Below are positions 40,043 to 54,126 of a stretch of DNA of 64,000 bases, piece by piece (within the stretch, counting starts at the first letter, position 1; the number at the start of each line of letters is the position of its first letter). The notes below the pieces were generated by a model. The model was not told the DNA's origin. It saw only the letters and a list, made by a program, of their open reading frames with translations, and made no database searches. The DNA comes from Botryllus schlosseri. Lineage: Eukaryota. The stretch is from NCBI GenBank assembly GCA_051294905.1, contig CM119372.1, positions 24,368,001 through 24,432,000 on the forward strand. The letters run 5' to 3'. The position numbers were made by a program, and so were the translations under genes.

Positions 40043-42308
40043 AGGATGGTGTGAACCTCTGAAAGGTTCAGGTTCGTGTGAACGAGAACCTTTTTGAAAG
40101 GTTCTGTGTGAACGCGAACGTGAACCTCCTGACGTCACGTGACGTCATATTGCTAATTCCAACCCTACATTTCAATTGAGTGATAGCCTATAATCAGGGC
40201 CGTAACAGCACTTCGTCAGCCCCCCCCCAAAAAAACTTTGGTCTTGGGCCCCCCATAGGGTTATAGACCGAACGTCTGGGGGGCTTCGCCACCCAGACCC
40301 CCCTCCGGCGATACACTGTTTACCACTATTCATCATGGTCATTGGGAGTTTCTTTAGTGAATCAGCTTTTGTGACCTAAGCGCGCGAAGCGCGCAAAATT
40401 TCTAGAATTCATGATTTCATCGGTCAGTATGATCGGGAATTGCATACATTGTTATCAATTTTTATCTTCTCTCTGCTCACGTAATCAGATTTGCCGGTAG
40501 AGCTGAGTGAGGTGTGTTGTGAAAGGTAGGACCACTCAATAATAATTAAACATCTTCGGGCGTATAGCCGTTGGCAGGAACGAAACAGCACCTCGTCAGG
40601 CCTCCAAAAACGTGGGTCTTGGGCTCCCATAGGGTGATAAAACGACCCCCCCATCACGTTGTTCGCGTTTGTCACGAAATTATCTGTACTGTATTGTGAG
40701 CCAGCGCGAAGCGCGAAAATTTTCGATAATTTATGATAAAATCGGTCAATCAGATTGGCGATTGCATATATAATCCTATCAATTTTTGTCCTCTCTACTC
40801 ACGAAATTAGATTTACCGGTAGAGCTGAGTGAAGTGTCTTGAAAACGGGAGGGCCCGTAAATAATAATTAATCATCTTCGGGCGGGTGGAACCGTTGATA
40901 TGACTTCGTTACATGATGTTATTTCGTGACTTCCAGTCTGCTATATCAAAAAATATAGAACCGCCCAAACGTAGGCTTCTAAACTAAGAGACGCACACGA
41001 TTTCAAATTTGTATTTCTTCACTGGCATAAAATTTTTCCCAGCGGGATGGTATTTGTCCTGTGAGGTTCAGATTGCAAAGACAGGAACATTCGGCGCCAG
41101 TCATTTAGGCGCCTATGGACAATTAAACCTATATGTATTTTGTATATATAGCGAAGTCTTTGGTCTGCATAAGGGCATAGACCTTTTCGGCCAAGCTTTT
41201 CTCGCTGCTAATCGTTCTGGCACACTTCTTGGAGTCGCATGTTATATGGCCTAAAACTTGATTGTATGTCTTGGTAGGTCGTGGCGCGGTAATGGCCCAA
41301 TATCCAATAATAAAGATAAAGGGCTACTTGAATTTTGAAAAAATTGCCTAAATTTTCAAAAAATACTCTATGATTTATGCTAATTCACGAAATAATTTTG
41401 GGCCCCCATCGAGCTCGGCCCCCCCCCCAATTGGGGGGTTTGGGGTGCGGCAGTTACGGTGCTGCCTATAATAATGTACACGATACCTAGCGACGACTCG
41501 GGCCACATAATGACACAATGCTTAAATACATATTGGCGTTTGAAACCTCGCTATATGTATCAACTGAGGCAGTCAAATGATATGATACTCCCATAAAATC
41601 AATATCATCCGTCACTTTGCCTACAATTTCGACGAGGAGTTGCCAGTGAATATAAGCTTACGCCTTAACGGTCTTCGCCAGACCGGACAATGTATTCGGC
41701 GTCTGACTATTGCTACATTGATATTGGGCAGAGCGTATAGAACATGTTTCCATATTTGGTACCGATATTAGGCTACCCCACAAGTGATACAACTGTAGCC
41801 AACGCCTCAATCGCACGGATTTTGTTTTAATGATACAGTAAACATATGAAGTCAAGATTGACTGCTAGATTTATTACATCAAAAAGCGATATCAATCTCA
41901 TTGATTGGTTGAATAAGCATCATTCGCTGACTACAGGTACTGCATGTCGCTCACGATGTTGCGTGATTGCGGGTCAAGCTCACAGCAGAGAGTCACTAAA
42001 TATTCATAAACGGGAAGCTGGATATTTCGTGCAAACTTTTGTAACAAAGCAAGTAAAATCTTTGAGATTGTCAAGGTGCATGATCGTTTGTGTTGATTTT
42101 TTATGCTGCCAGCGTCCTGCATAGAGTGGCCCGCAGTTGAAATGCAATAAATTCGAACCAAAAATATCATATTGAAGTGAAAATTGTAATATATGAAAAA
42201 GGTTCACTGTGCAGAACCTACCAAGGTTCTGTTGTGAACGCGAACCTCTAAATTTCCGAAGTTCACACACAGAACGCGAACGTGAACCTCAAGTTCACAC
42301 CATCCCTA
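40043..42308. mobile_element. Same-family MITE inserted in inverted orientation into the outer copy
   Basis: Ends (a)ggatggtgtgaac / gttcacaccatcccta flanked by duplicated GTAGCA. Its body is the reverse complement of the outer copy. Confidence 0.82.
40195..41464. mobile_element. hAT-type element nested in the inner MITE
   Basis: TIR cagggccgtaac / gttacggtgctg, perfect TSD CCTATAAT. Confidence 0.88.
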
Positions 42309-42344
42309 GTAGCAATACTCCGACGCAGAATACATTGTCCGGTC

Positions 42345-43921
42345 CAGAGGTGGTCAGTAACGAAGTACTTCTACTTTTTCGAAGTACTCAAGTAGTTTTC
42401 CTCTACTTCTGGTACTTACTCAAGTAGATCTGATATTCGCTACTTCTACTTCTACTTCATAATATTTTGTGATCTACTTACTTACTTTTCGCTATTTTCA
42501 GTTTGTCAAGTAGAAGTAGTTTAATCCTCCAGACGGAAAGATAGCCTGAGGAGTTTCGGGGCTGTTTTCACGGGCCATCAACATTTAATTTTCATAAAAT
42601 TTGTTTAAGGCCCAGAATTTTCGTAACGGGTAGCCCGTATGATATCACTATGGTATCGGTGAATATAATTTAGGTAGCGGGTTGGCGTGATTTCGTTCAC
42701 ACCGCATTGTCGCCCGTCGTCATGTCGAATACTTCATCACAGTATATAATATTATGACTCATCATAGCGTTCTTTTTTTAATATTCATGGTTTTTGTCGA
42801 CTACTATGGTCCTTTATACCAGGTCGATATTCCTAATTTTTTATTCTATAACTGCCAACTTATAGCACGGCCCACTTTTAGGCTTTTTGTAAGATACCGC
42901 TTACGCGGATGAGGGGATGAGAAGGAGCCTAGATAAACCGCCATCACTTAGGTATAGGAATTCTGAAGTCGACCTCGGTCGGATTCGAACCCGCAACCCC
43001 ATTGGTGTTGCAGCCGCGGATTATACCACTGCGCAATCTCGCCACTTCATCATAACGTCTAAAAATGTTATGTTTGGCAATCTAGCATTTCATGTCGTTA
43101 TCTAGCAGTCCATGGCGTGCCCTAATCTGAAAAAGTGGACTCTGACTTTTTTTAGTTTTAGAGCTGTTTTAGCATACCAACCTTCGAAACTTTCTGGACC
43201 AAAGACACGAAATGAATGTTCCGCTTTTAGAAGTAGTATTTATATTTCACTTAAAATTCCTAGTATCATATAGTTTGAGTTCTAATTAATATCGGTTCTT
43301 TTTTTGATAACATAGAGGTTGAAGTATGAAAGCAAGTGTGGTAATGCCTTTAATTTTCGGAAATAAAACTACACATATGGCATTTTTACGATCCTCCATA
43401 TTTTTTATTAATGTTTACTTATCGCGCAAAGTGTTTACACCATATCCTATACAACTTCTCCGTATTGCTCTTCGTCTAAACTACAGGCCTAATAACATGG
43501 GGGAGGGTGCCATACCATGATATCTTCAAAGACGTGATGTTCGATTAAAAAGAGGATTAGTATCGCATTTCCATATCAATACTATCGTTTCCATGCCATG
43601 ATGCGGACGAATGCTTATGCTTTCGAAAATTGGATACCTCCTGGTATGCAATCTATGCATCCATGAGAATGAAGCTCTGCACCTTTCGCATAGCTCAATT
43701 TGCACCTTTTGATAATCCATGTCAACGAATTACGATCGTTTTCACAACTACTTACTTACTTACTTACTTGAGTAGATTTAAAGTCAGTCAATTCTACTTC
43801 TACTTCAAGTAGTTTTAGGTTGCTTATGAAAGAAGTACTTCTACTTGTACTTGAGTAGATTTTTTCTTCGCTACTTCTACTTCTACTTGAGTAGCTTTCT
43901 TGACTACTTTGACCACCTCTG
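42345..43921. mobile_element. cagaggtggtca hAT-type element, copy 1
   Basis: TIR cagaggtggtca / tgaccacctctg, perfect TSD GTCCGGTC, (tact/agta) subterminal repeats. Confidence 0.93.
42771..43043 (-). mobile_element. tRNA-derived SINE
   Basis: The minus strand begins ggcgagattgcgcagtggtataa...gcgggttcgaatccg (A and B boxes) and has an A-rich tail. Flanks are catcatagcgt / catcataacgt. It is absent from the sister host copy near 57310. Confidence 0.82.
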
Positions 43922-44944
43922 GTCCGGTCTGACCTAGACCGTTAAGGCGTAAGCTTATATTACCTTGCAAGTCCTCGTCGATATTGTTGGCAAAGCGACG
44001 GAAGATATTGATTTAATGGGATTGTTTATATCATTTGATTTCTCCAGTTGATACATTCGGCTACGTTCAAAACGTCAATATGTATTTCAGCATTGTGGCA
44101 TTATGTGGCCCGAGTCGTCGCTAGGTATCGTGTAGGCCTACGATTGTACATTAATATAGGCTATGACTTCACTGAAATGTAGGGTTGGAATTAGCAATAT
44201 GACGTCACGTGACGTCATGAGGTTCACGTTCGCGTTCACACAGACCTTTCAAAAAGGTTCGCGTTCACACGAACCTGAACCTTTCAGAGGTTCATACCAT
44301 CCCTACTATGTACATTGTACAGCTTGCATATTATTAAATTCATTCTCCACTTCTTGGTAGAATCCCATTCATCAAATAAATTTTTGAAGCTATCCAAGAA
44401 TCGTTATATTATTCCCCGCCGTAATGGAACTAAGACCCCAATCTGGATTAGATCATTAGGTTTCGCGACGTGAGTGGAACAGTGGACGGCCATAATGCAC
44501 ATACCAGTTATGCGATCTACTAGGGTCGTAACTGCCGCACCCCAAACCCCTAATTGGGGAGCTTGAAGGAGCCCAAAATTATTTCGCTGGTCGTTTCTTG
44601 ATGGAGATTTATTCAATTTGAATATATTCGTCGCGCGTTGCGCGATTTCATGTGCCCGTCTGTCTACATTCAAATATGATTAGTAAGTGAAAAAATGCCA
44701 CATATCATCGCCGACGATTTCGACACATTGAAAATGACAATAACTCCATGAAAAAATGTGGGCCACAGAACATTTCCAAACCGGAAAAATGGGCCACATC
44801 TAAACAAAGGTCGAGAACCCCTGGACATAGACACCAAATCCACTAATATATTATATATGCTACGTGCTCTCGTTGCACATATTTAACTAGACATACACCT
44901 GCTTGTTTTTTCCGCGCTCTGCACAATTTGTTACCAGTTCATAA

Positions 44945-47080
44945 CACTGGTCAACACATATTTTTAGGCAGACAACGTAAGAGTGGTTTGAGGGGTTTTG
45001 AAGGGCACTGATTCCGAATATGACCTTCTTTTTTTCCAAATTGGCTCTATTTTTGGAGACAATCCATGGGGCTATTTTGACTAAAATCTCATATTTTCGC
45101 TGTATGGGCAAGATAAAAAATTGGCTCAGTCGTACTATAAAGTTCAGAAATTCAATCTACTTGTTATTTCGACACGCTGAAGACTGTTTGAAATCAAAAT
45201 ACATCAACAGAATTATATTTCGGGGTATTATATTTATCATAATTGGAGAATTTCACTGATATTATGTACATAAATAAACTTCAATCATGTATGTAAGTTT
45301 TTACCTAAATACTCAAATAACGTTGCATTAATTGAATCAGTTTTATGTCAACCACCTATTTTAAATTTAAAATAATCGGTTGGAATATAATATTAATACC
45401 TTATCTTGAAGCAAAATTGGTTCTTGTACTATTTTCGGTTGTAAGCAATTTAGTGCAGTGGAACCTTTCCCCTTTCTATTCCCTACAATCAACAATATTA
45501 TCAGAAAATATATCAAGATGACTGAACAGCGAGTGAAATATAATGCCCATGTTTGTTCAAAGGTTTCCATATCCAGATGCCAATTCTCGGACCAACCGTT
45601 TGTAGTTGAATGCGTTGTGATCTTCCAAAAAGTTTTTTTACTACATCCAATTAAAGTTATAATTATATGCAATACACCAGCACGTAGTAATGTCAATCCG
45701 GATTTTAGTAAATTTTGCATTCTAAAGGTCTCGAATTTACATCAATTTGAAATTGTCAAAATCACGAAGCAATGCGACGCAAGAACATTACCTGAGTATT
45801 TTGACGATTTCTTCCAATACCCCAGTTCAATTCACCATTTACAAAATCAGTCTCTATTCGTTTCATTAAAATCATCTCTAGACTGTCAAGAAATTTCCTA
45901 TCTCATATAGGTGTGAAATTTTGGAACAACGTACCAGCAATCTATCGCACTCCTTTCCTATCATAAATATAAAACTAGCTATTGCAAATTTATTTTTCCA
46001 AGTACCAAGAATATATTTCATGAGCACAGTGATATATTAGGAATAAATGCAATTGTTGTTTTGGTTAGCTTTATATGTTACGATACTATTACCACTGTCT
46101 ATTCGGGTCAAAATGTTATTTTCAGAACACAAGATCAAGCTGTTAACAACGGAAGCCGTCAATATTGCTCTCTTTAGTTTTCTTTTGTTTTCATTTCCTT
46201 GCCTGTTGTTCTGTTACTTAACTGAAGGCGGAAATTGATTATTACCCGCGCAAGTTTTTGCAACTTTTGCAACTTTTTTTACAGCGTCCGGCAGCTTCCA
46301 AAATTCTCAGAAGTTATGTAGTATGGTGTTTTAAGCTGTCTGCAGGAATCCTATCGTGCAACTTTTTGCAACTTTTCTCCATTTTTTCATGCAAATTTTT
46401 CGATTTTTCATGCATCTGTTTTGACGAGTCATGTGTTTAGTTAATCAGTTTGGATGTTTTAGTGAGTCAGTTTAATTCAACTGCATTCCGTTATTTTCTT
46501 CGACAAGTCTTAATTGTTCTGTTTTGGTTGATGATTGGTTAATTTAATTGTTGCGCCGTCCGTTCTCGTTTACCTTTATATTGCTCTGTTGCTGTTATTT
46601 CTTTCTCTATTTCGACTGCTATCGGACGAGCAAGCAATCTTGCGAATCTCGCCATTTAACGTATCTATATTCTGAATAAGCTGTTCCGTATTGCATGTTT
46701 TGGACTGCTTGTATTTGAAACAGAAGAGATTTGAGATACGCAACGCTTGCTTAGTACCCATTGCCAGATTTAGTGTGCAGCAGACAGGATCCCGACACCT
46801 GATAAAACGCCACTGATTGATTTTAGTGCCGGAAATAGTACTGGAAATATTTGGCACTAGATGTAAATAGATCGCTTGATTATTTCACTGTCGTTTAAAT
46901 TAGAGGTCCTTTTTGATTTGACGTACATTCAGGCTAGACCGCCGAAAATTATATTTTCACTGGGTCAATTTTTTCGGGTTTCTATCTCTCTCTCTCTCTG
47001 TGCTGCGAAAATAAAAATATGTTCGTATTATCAAGAACATTCATATCAAAACTTGAGATTTTAACAGGAAAAATTTCCAC
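44945..47080 (-). mobile_element. Second decayed Chapaev3-like transposon (upper boundary approximate)
   Basis: TAA-cactggtcaaca terminus. The minus strand at ~45450-45620 reads FNYKRLVRELASGYGNL*TNMGIIFHSLFSHLDIFSDNIVDCRE*KGERFH, matching the SHLD.F..N......GERFH motif. Confidence 0.75.
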
Positions 47081-47670
47081 GTAAATAATCTCTGGAGACA
47101 GCAAATGCCGAACATGTTCTACGTTCTTTTGCCGCATCGTTATCATCCGACCTCAATGCTGCGTTTCTCTTGTTTTCCCATTAGGAGACAGGGACGATTA
47201 TAATCGTCAATATACTGTGTCAACGTAATCGACTACTGACCATTGCGACCACAATTACGATCACAGCAAAATCTGGAATGAGTCATCACGATTACTGTCG
47301 ATTACATTCAGTTTGCTTCCTTAAAATTAAGCATAACCAATATTAGAAGACAAAACAACAATTATGTCGATTGAGATGACGCTGTATCGTGGAAAAATAT
47401 GATTTGTCGCAAGAAGTACTACCACTTTTCGTTCTAGATGCCTCACATGCTAACACGATATATAGGCCGGTGACTGATAGTACAATCAAATATTGAGTAG
47501 AGAAAGGTGAAATAACAATTGATGCAGCCTTCAAGTTGGACCATCGGTAAAAAAAGCAAAATGAACACGAAACACAGCAATACCGATCATTGCTTTTATC
47601 GAAACCTTACATACGTATTCCTGCAACCAGCATCATACGAATACAAGCCGCCGTTACGATTGGTGTAGAA

Positions 47671-48156
47671 CAGTGGTCGGGAACCTTTTTCGTCCGAAGA
47701 GCCATATTGGCCCTATATTTTCCATCTTAACTCCCAAAGAGCCATACATGTCAATCAACTGTTACGTCACGATTGAAAATTCTTGACGTCATGGTTGCAC
47801 TACTTCGTCGTGTGCGCTATATTTTCTCTGCAAAAAATCGTACTAATCATGCTGGTTGTCTTATTTCAGGATGCGAAACTGAGTTACAGATTTTTTGCAA
47901 GCTACATCTTTGGCAAATTAAATTTAAGGATTTTGAATAGGTGGTCCGATCCCGCAACCCTGAATATGACACTATCTTGACCTCTCAAAGACATGCTTAT
48001 ACTTCTACGAAAATAATTATTTTGGTCGCGATGAAAATTTGCAGCAAATTGTTGCAATATTGGAAAATAAAGTACAAAAATCAAAATTTAGCAAAGTCAT
48101 ATCTTTTACCCAAAAGAGCCACATATGGCTCGCGAGCCATAGGTTCCCGACCACTG
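47671..48156. mobile_element. hAT (Buster-type) MITE
   Basis: TIR cagtggtcgggaacct / aggttcccgaccactg, TSD GTGTAGAA/CTGTAGAA. Confidence 0.9.
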
Positions 48157-49741
48157 CTGTAGAAGAACAGCTCGTTTATATGTACTATTACATACGAGTG
48201 ACTGCTGAGTTGTATTGAATTTGAAGAGTATCGTTTCAATCCATTCATTCTTCCAATCCCACTAGAAGCTGTCCAGCAAAAGCCTAGAAGGGTAGTCGGC
48301 CGAGATAGGAGTCGGCAGTCCCGGAATCATAAATGGTTTACTTGTAAAATGATCATTATCATATAAGTGTTGAACGAAGCATCATGAATACTTAAATAAA
48401 TACTACCATGATTGTGGTAAACTTTTGGGAGCTACCTCAGCGGCAGATTTATCAAATATTTATCCGATATATATGAGACATAAGAAGCACGCAAGTTTAT
48501 TTGAAACTCAACGTAACGTCAGGAATAGTTTCTAATTTTTATTATTCCTAATCTGTTTTCAGTTCAGACTATTCGGACTATGTCAAAGCAGTGGCCATCA
48601 CCCCATATTGTCATAATTATGTTAGTATTGTAGCCTATACCCGCGGCATATTTTCATTTAGCCTTTACTTGAATTGAGGGCGGTGACGCGACGCAATGCC
48701 AGGTTAGGGGGTAGGTTAAGAACAATTGTATCATAAAAATAACATTTGCTGGCATATGGATAGTATTTTATCTTCTTCTGGTTTTGTTTGATTTATTGTA
48801 GTAATATGTCTTTGTTTGCGTCTTCGATGCAAACATCATCGATGTTATATACATCATCGATTCTTTTTGTGCAAAACCACCCACATTTCCGAAAGCAGCC
48901 CACAATTACCGACAACATCCGCGATGTAATTTTTCTTGAATAACGTCTTAGAATCCACACTCACGTACCATCCGGGACAGTGAGTATAACAACGAAGGAA
49001 TGGAAGAAGTCAAAGCCTTTCTGGCAGATTACTGATCACTCTAGTATTCAGTAAAAACGTCCGAAATACTTAGCCTTAGCGTTAGTAAGTTTCGTTGTTG
49101 AGAAAGTTCCCGAAGATGTTGTTATATAAGCCATTGACGTAGGTGAGCTCGATGAGGGAAGTAGTAGAGTTACCCTATCGGAGTCGCATATCTGCGTTTT
49201 CGTGTCGCGGATCCGATTAATCAGAAGATGCTTCCAGCGATTCCTATGGTTAGCTATTCGTGTGGACTTCATGGATCAGCATTACCAATCAGTCTCAAAG
49301 TTCTCATTAATCTGTATCAATATTGCGGACCGATTTGAATGAGGAATCCTTGAGTCCCGCTGTCGGAGGTTGTTCTGGGCTCCTCGCCGGCCGTGTCGCT
49401 GTTCTTACGGCGACAAAAAAGCCCAGTAAAAGACTCGGTGAAAAACGAATGGAGCAAGAAATAGCGTCTAAAAAGGATCGACGAAGAACGATTAATATGG
49501 AAGAAGACTGTGACATCGGACACTATAGGCCGAGGTGGATGCCCCCCTCCCCCCATCCCCCCTATCAGTTCATTACATAGCATTGCGTCTCGTATATCGC
49601 ATTGTACATTGTGCGTGTCTTGGACAGATGAAAATATAATCTGACGATTAGTAATATTATTATTATTACGATTATTGCGATTAGGCCTACAATGGTAACT
49701 AAAACCAATGCAAAATTTGATCTTATTACAAGATGCTATTC

Positions 49742-50858
49742 TAGGGTTACCATATTTTTGTGAAGCAAATTCCGGACACTCTTTAGCGCCCACTAGCGGA
49801 TTTTAAAATGAGGTGTAACACATAGTCCGTCTATATGACGTCATACTAGCAAAGCATCGCCCATCGACTGTGATACACTATACAGGAATGGAGTGGAACA
49901 TAGGTCATGAATTGGGCCATCTGTACTGTGAGCTCTGGTGATTGCTACTTGCTGCGGTCTGCAATAGATTCCTCCACGGGCTGGATGAAATCGTCAGCGG
50001 GCCGTGTCTGGCCTGTCAGGATTGTGATTGAAAGCCCTGCTATACTGTTAGGTCGGTGCGGCCATCTGGTTATGTGTTTTAATCAGGTCCGAAACAACAT
50101 TTTTTTTTGCCCCCTTTCGCCCAAAAGAGCACTGATCTTGGGCCCATCATAGGGTAGTCGATGTAGCCTGTTGTGCACTTACTATATGCATTTGGCTGTT
50201 AAATTTTATGTATGAATTCTGTCAATAATATTGATTCTTTCGTAGGCTACTATAAAATGCACCAGCAGGTTACACATCCGGTGATTTCCAACCTTTCATG
50301 GTCGCGACCTCATTTCGCACTTGAAAATGTTCCGTGGCAAAAGCTCAAAACTTGATAAGCTGATTATTAAAAAAAATCAGCTTGTCCAAACTTACTCATG
50401 GCCTAGGAATCTGATTACGTCTAAAGCCATCGCGATCCCCAGATAAAGGCAAACGACCCCAAGATTTGGAACCACTGTCTGTGACTGAAGCATCCCATCG
50501 GCCTTAACCAACTCTAGGAATAGCTTATTATTGTGATTACAATCAGACTTATTTCAGTAAATGATGGTTATTTATCTATATTTTGATTGCATTTTTGACG
50601 AGGGTGGTGGTGCCTGGTGCCCATACTAATATCATTATACGTTGCACTAAGTCGCGCGCGGCGCGAATAAGAGTTTTGAATAACATAAATCTGCTTGAAA
50701 ATATTATTGTTTATGTTGATTTACGAAAAACTTTTGAGCCTGTTTCGAGCCTTCAAAATTCCGGACATTTTGGCATATTTTAGAAATTCCTTCCGGACGC
50801 AGATTTTTCAGTGGAATTCCGGACATGTCCGGGAAATTCGGGACGTATGGCAACCCTA
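49742..50858. mobile_element. 1.1-kb hAT-type non-autonomous element, copy 2
   Basis: TIR tagggttaccata / tatggcaacccta, perfect TSD TGCTATTC. Near-identical to 8501-9618. Confidence 0.94.
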
Positions 50859-52154
50859 TGCTATTCCCCCTCGTAGCCAGGGGCCACAGCCACCCCCACA
50901 TCTTTCGCGAATTTTCGCAAATCAATAGAAAGTAAACCGCGGCTCTCGGACACGCATGCGGCTCCAATGTAGCCTTCTTGCGGCTCTGTTGACCTCTAAA
51001 TATGCCACAGAAGTATAATAGACGAAAGTTGTTGTTTGTACGGAATTGTAACTATGAATAGTACTAATTTTCTGTTTTCAATTTCTGTATATGAATGCTA
51101 AAATGAAGGATATTAGATGCGTCAAAAGTCGTCCGAGGCCACATGTAAAAAACGGGATAGAGAATTCTTGCAGACGAGCGTCAAACGCATTGATGAATTG
51201 AATACCCGTCATACAAGAATATATCTTGAGTTCTGCTGGTCATAGACCGTTATATGTCGTCTCTGTGAAGAGTAAATTTCGACACAATTTTACTAACATC
51301 AAAATAAATGCTCATAGTCAAGTATAATTGCAATAAGTCCAATATTACCCAGCGTAAAATCCACTGCAGACTTGGGCATGAGTGCTGGAATGTATGAAGA
51401 GCTATCACAAAACTACATAATAGTATATTGTGGCAATGATTTGCATTTCATTTTATTTCAATGCATCGCACTCGCGAATCTGCGTCCATCATTGCTAAAA
51501 TAACCGATATTGAATCTATATAAATCGATGTGCATGCTTTTAAATTAGCTGGATTGTAGTTATCATCTAACTCTGACCACTGGTAAAAAAGGCCCCTTTT
51601 CCGAGGCGATAGTGGCTCCGAAACCGGCTTCCGCGTCTACTTTCCGTTGAGTTGATCTTTTTTCGCGTCACGTACAGAATAAGCCGTTTTCACGTGCATT
51701 TTGGCAATGTTAATTAAATATATCTCGCTGGACGTTTTAACATTTTCACCCCCTATCATTCTGCAGTCGCCCCCTTTAGCATTTCAGCCTCCTCGGTTCT
51801 CAAAATCATCGACCGGGTGAGCGGGGTTCGATATTGCCCACAAGGGAACCACTGGTCTAGAGGCATGTGCAGTAGGCTACGAGGGTTTATGCGCTACCAG
51901 AAACATCGACGGCGATAAAACCGAGGTATATTGGCCGAAGCCTTCCATATTGATATGTCCGAATTCCTAAATGGGTGTGGTCGAATAGTCCTGCCCTTGC
52001 AATCTGAGCCCCGCGGTAGAAATTCCTCTCGCACAGGAAAATATTACCCCACATGAAAAGGTGCTAATTCTGTGTAGTACGAGAGTCGCCATGGGAGTTT
52101 TTCTTGGTCTGGTCTGGTGCATGTGAGCGATTCCAATATCGTAAGACTGGCAAC

Positions 52155-52557
52155 TAGGGTTGCATTTAAAACAGAAATCAATGTAAAACATGTTTTTTTT
52201 TAAGCCATGACGTCACGAATATTCAGTTGTGACGTCATAATGGATTGACATGGACAATTGATAATACAGGGTAAATGTAGCTCCCTTGGCAAAATATCTA
52301 CGTAGGCTACTACAGCTGTCGAACCGAATATTTTGAGGGTTCCAACCATCCCATATCGTAAACGTAGGTTTTATCGGGTGGTAAACATCCGTAGGCTCAT
52401 ACACCATGTTTTTTGGAAAGTATTTACACAATTATGGTATAATTTTACAACTTAAAAAACACAATTTTTTTTATAAAGGCCTTTGTTTAAAACACTGTTT
52501 AAAATATGTTTTAAGCAAAGTGTTTTAAAAGACCGTTTGTTTTAAATGCAACCACTA
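52155..52557. mobile_element. MITE of the tagggttgcatttaaaac family; relatives at 1-213 and ~11912-12340
   Basis: TIR tagggttgcatttaaaaca / tgttttaaatgcaaccacta. TSD not clear. Confidence 0.75.
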
Positions 52558-53103
52558 GCGACAATCTTTATGGGAGGTACCAAAATAATAACTTGCTTCT
52601 ACGATGTATTTAATAGCAATGGACTCACCCATAACTAACTTGCGAAACCGTATGAATAGTCATAACCGTCTGGTATGAAAACGACTCAAGTTTTATAATT
52701 AGGCTACGTACCCTAAGTTTTTGAAGACACCACTTGCTCATGTATCCGAAATGCATGCAATATGTGTGTGGGGAGCGGGTTTGCGAATTGTATGCATAGA
52801 GGGCAGTGATGACATTCCCCGTCGAAGTATGGACAGGTCTGGAGGGCTTTCCAATGGGAAAGTTTCGTTGAATATATCGTATATTTTCCACCCCAACCGA
52901 CCAATTTTGTTTCTGGTTACCGCTGCGCCTTGCCAGTACTCGATTGACTATGAGAACGGACGATGTAAACGCGAGAAGAGTGAAAAATGAAATATAAGCA
53001 AACGCGTCACCAGATCAATATCAAATCATTAGAAAGGCAATATTACAGTCTTCAAATCGCACATGAACGGCTGGAGCATACATTGTTTTGCTGAGCTTTC
53101 AAT

Positions 53104-54126
53104 CAGGGCTGTAGAGTCGGTAAATTTTACCACCGACTCCGGCTCCGACTCCGACTCCACACATTTTCAATATACCGACTCCGACTCCGACTCCTGAGTC
53201 TTTAAACGTACCGACTCCGACTCCGACTCCCGACTCCGACTCCAGCATTATTACCTATTAACTTCGAAAATTATATGCCACATTGTCGGTTGAATGACTA
53301 TCATACAACCATTAAAGATATGCAAACATATGACTAACGGTGTCATGCTAAATTGTTTCATTGTGGCACAGCTCGAATTATCCACTATGCAATTAACATG
53401 AAAGAAAGATTTGCTAAATATCCTTCCTTTTTCAAGTTTCTATAACATGGACTCTCTAATATTGCAGACTTGCAGTCTTTCTTAGTCATTTGTTCGATCC
53501 AAACAGCTAAGCTTCACTACAAATATTTTTAATTTTGTCAAGTGGGAAGCATCGTTTGGTCATATTTACATCATTTTTACAATTTTACAAAACCAGCCGA
53601 TGAATTTGCTCTGTCACAGTATCATGGTTTAATTCCAAAAATTGCATCAATTTTGACTGCATCGCGAAAACGCATATTGCGATATTCTTCCCCTGTGCAA
53701 CTGAGTTGTAATTTCCAAGTAATGTCTAATTTTATCTATATCGGGCGATGGCAGCTTTTTCGGCCAAAGGGTCACATGAGATTTACGAACCATTGCGCGG
53801 GCAACTGGAATGTTGATAACCTTTTTTTAGTCGTCCGATAGGAGCGAACCGAATTAGGTACCATTGCAAACAAGACTTATATTAATACGCTCTAAAATTG
53901 ATAACAATATGTCATACAACTGTGCAGTGGGCTATCCGGCCCTGGTCGTGCAAAGCGAGAAGTTTTTTTGGCAAGATAATGACTGAATTATATCAATAAA
54001 TATGTTGCTAACATACATTGGGGGTCGCGTCTGTATACCACGACTCCGACTCCGACTCCGACTCCATCAAGCGAAAATGACCCAGACTCCGACTCCGACT
54101 CCACCGACTCCGACTCTACAGCCCTG
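53104..54126. mobile_element. (ACTCCG)n element, internally deleted copy
   Basis: TIR cagggctgtagagtcgg / ccgactctacagccctg, TSD CTTTCAAT/CTTTCGAT. Empty paralogous site at ~28777-28784. Confidence 0.92.

Larger units (their letters stand above)
39627..44305. mobile_element. Outer MITE of a multi-layer nest
   Basis: Ends tggggatggtgtgaac / gttcataccatcccta, TSD CTATGGAC/CTATGTAC. Confidence 0.85.
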
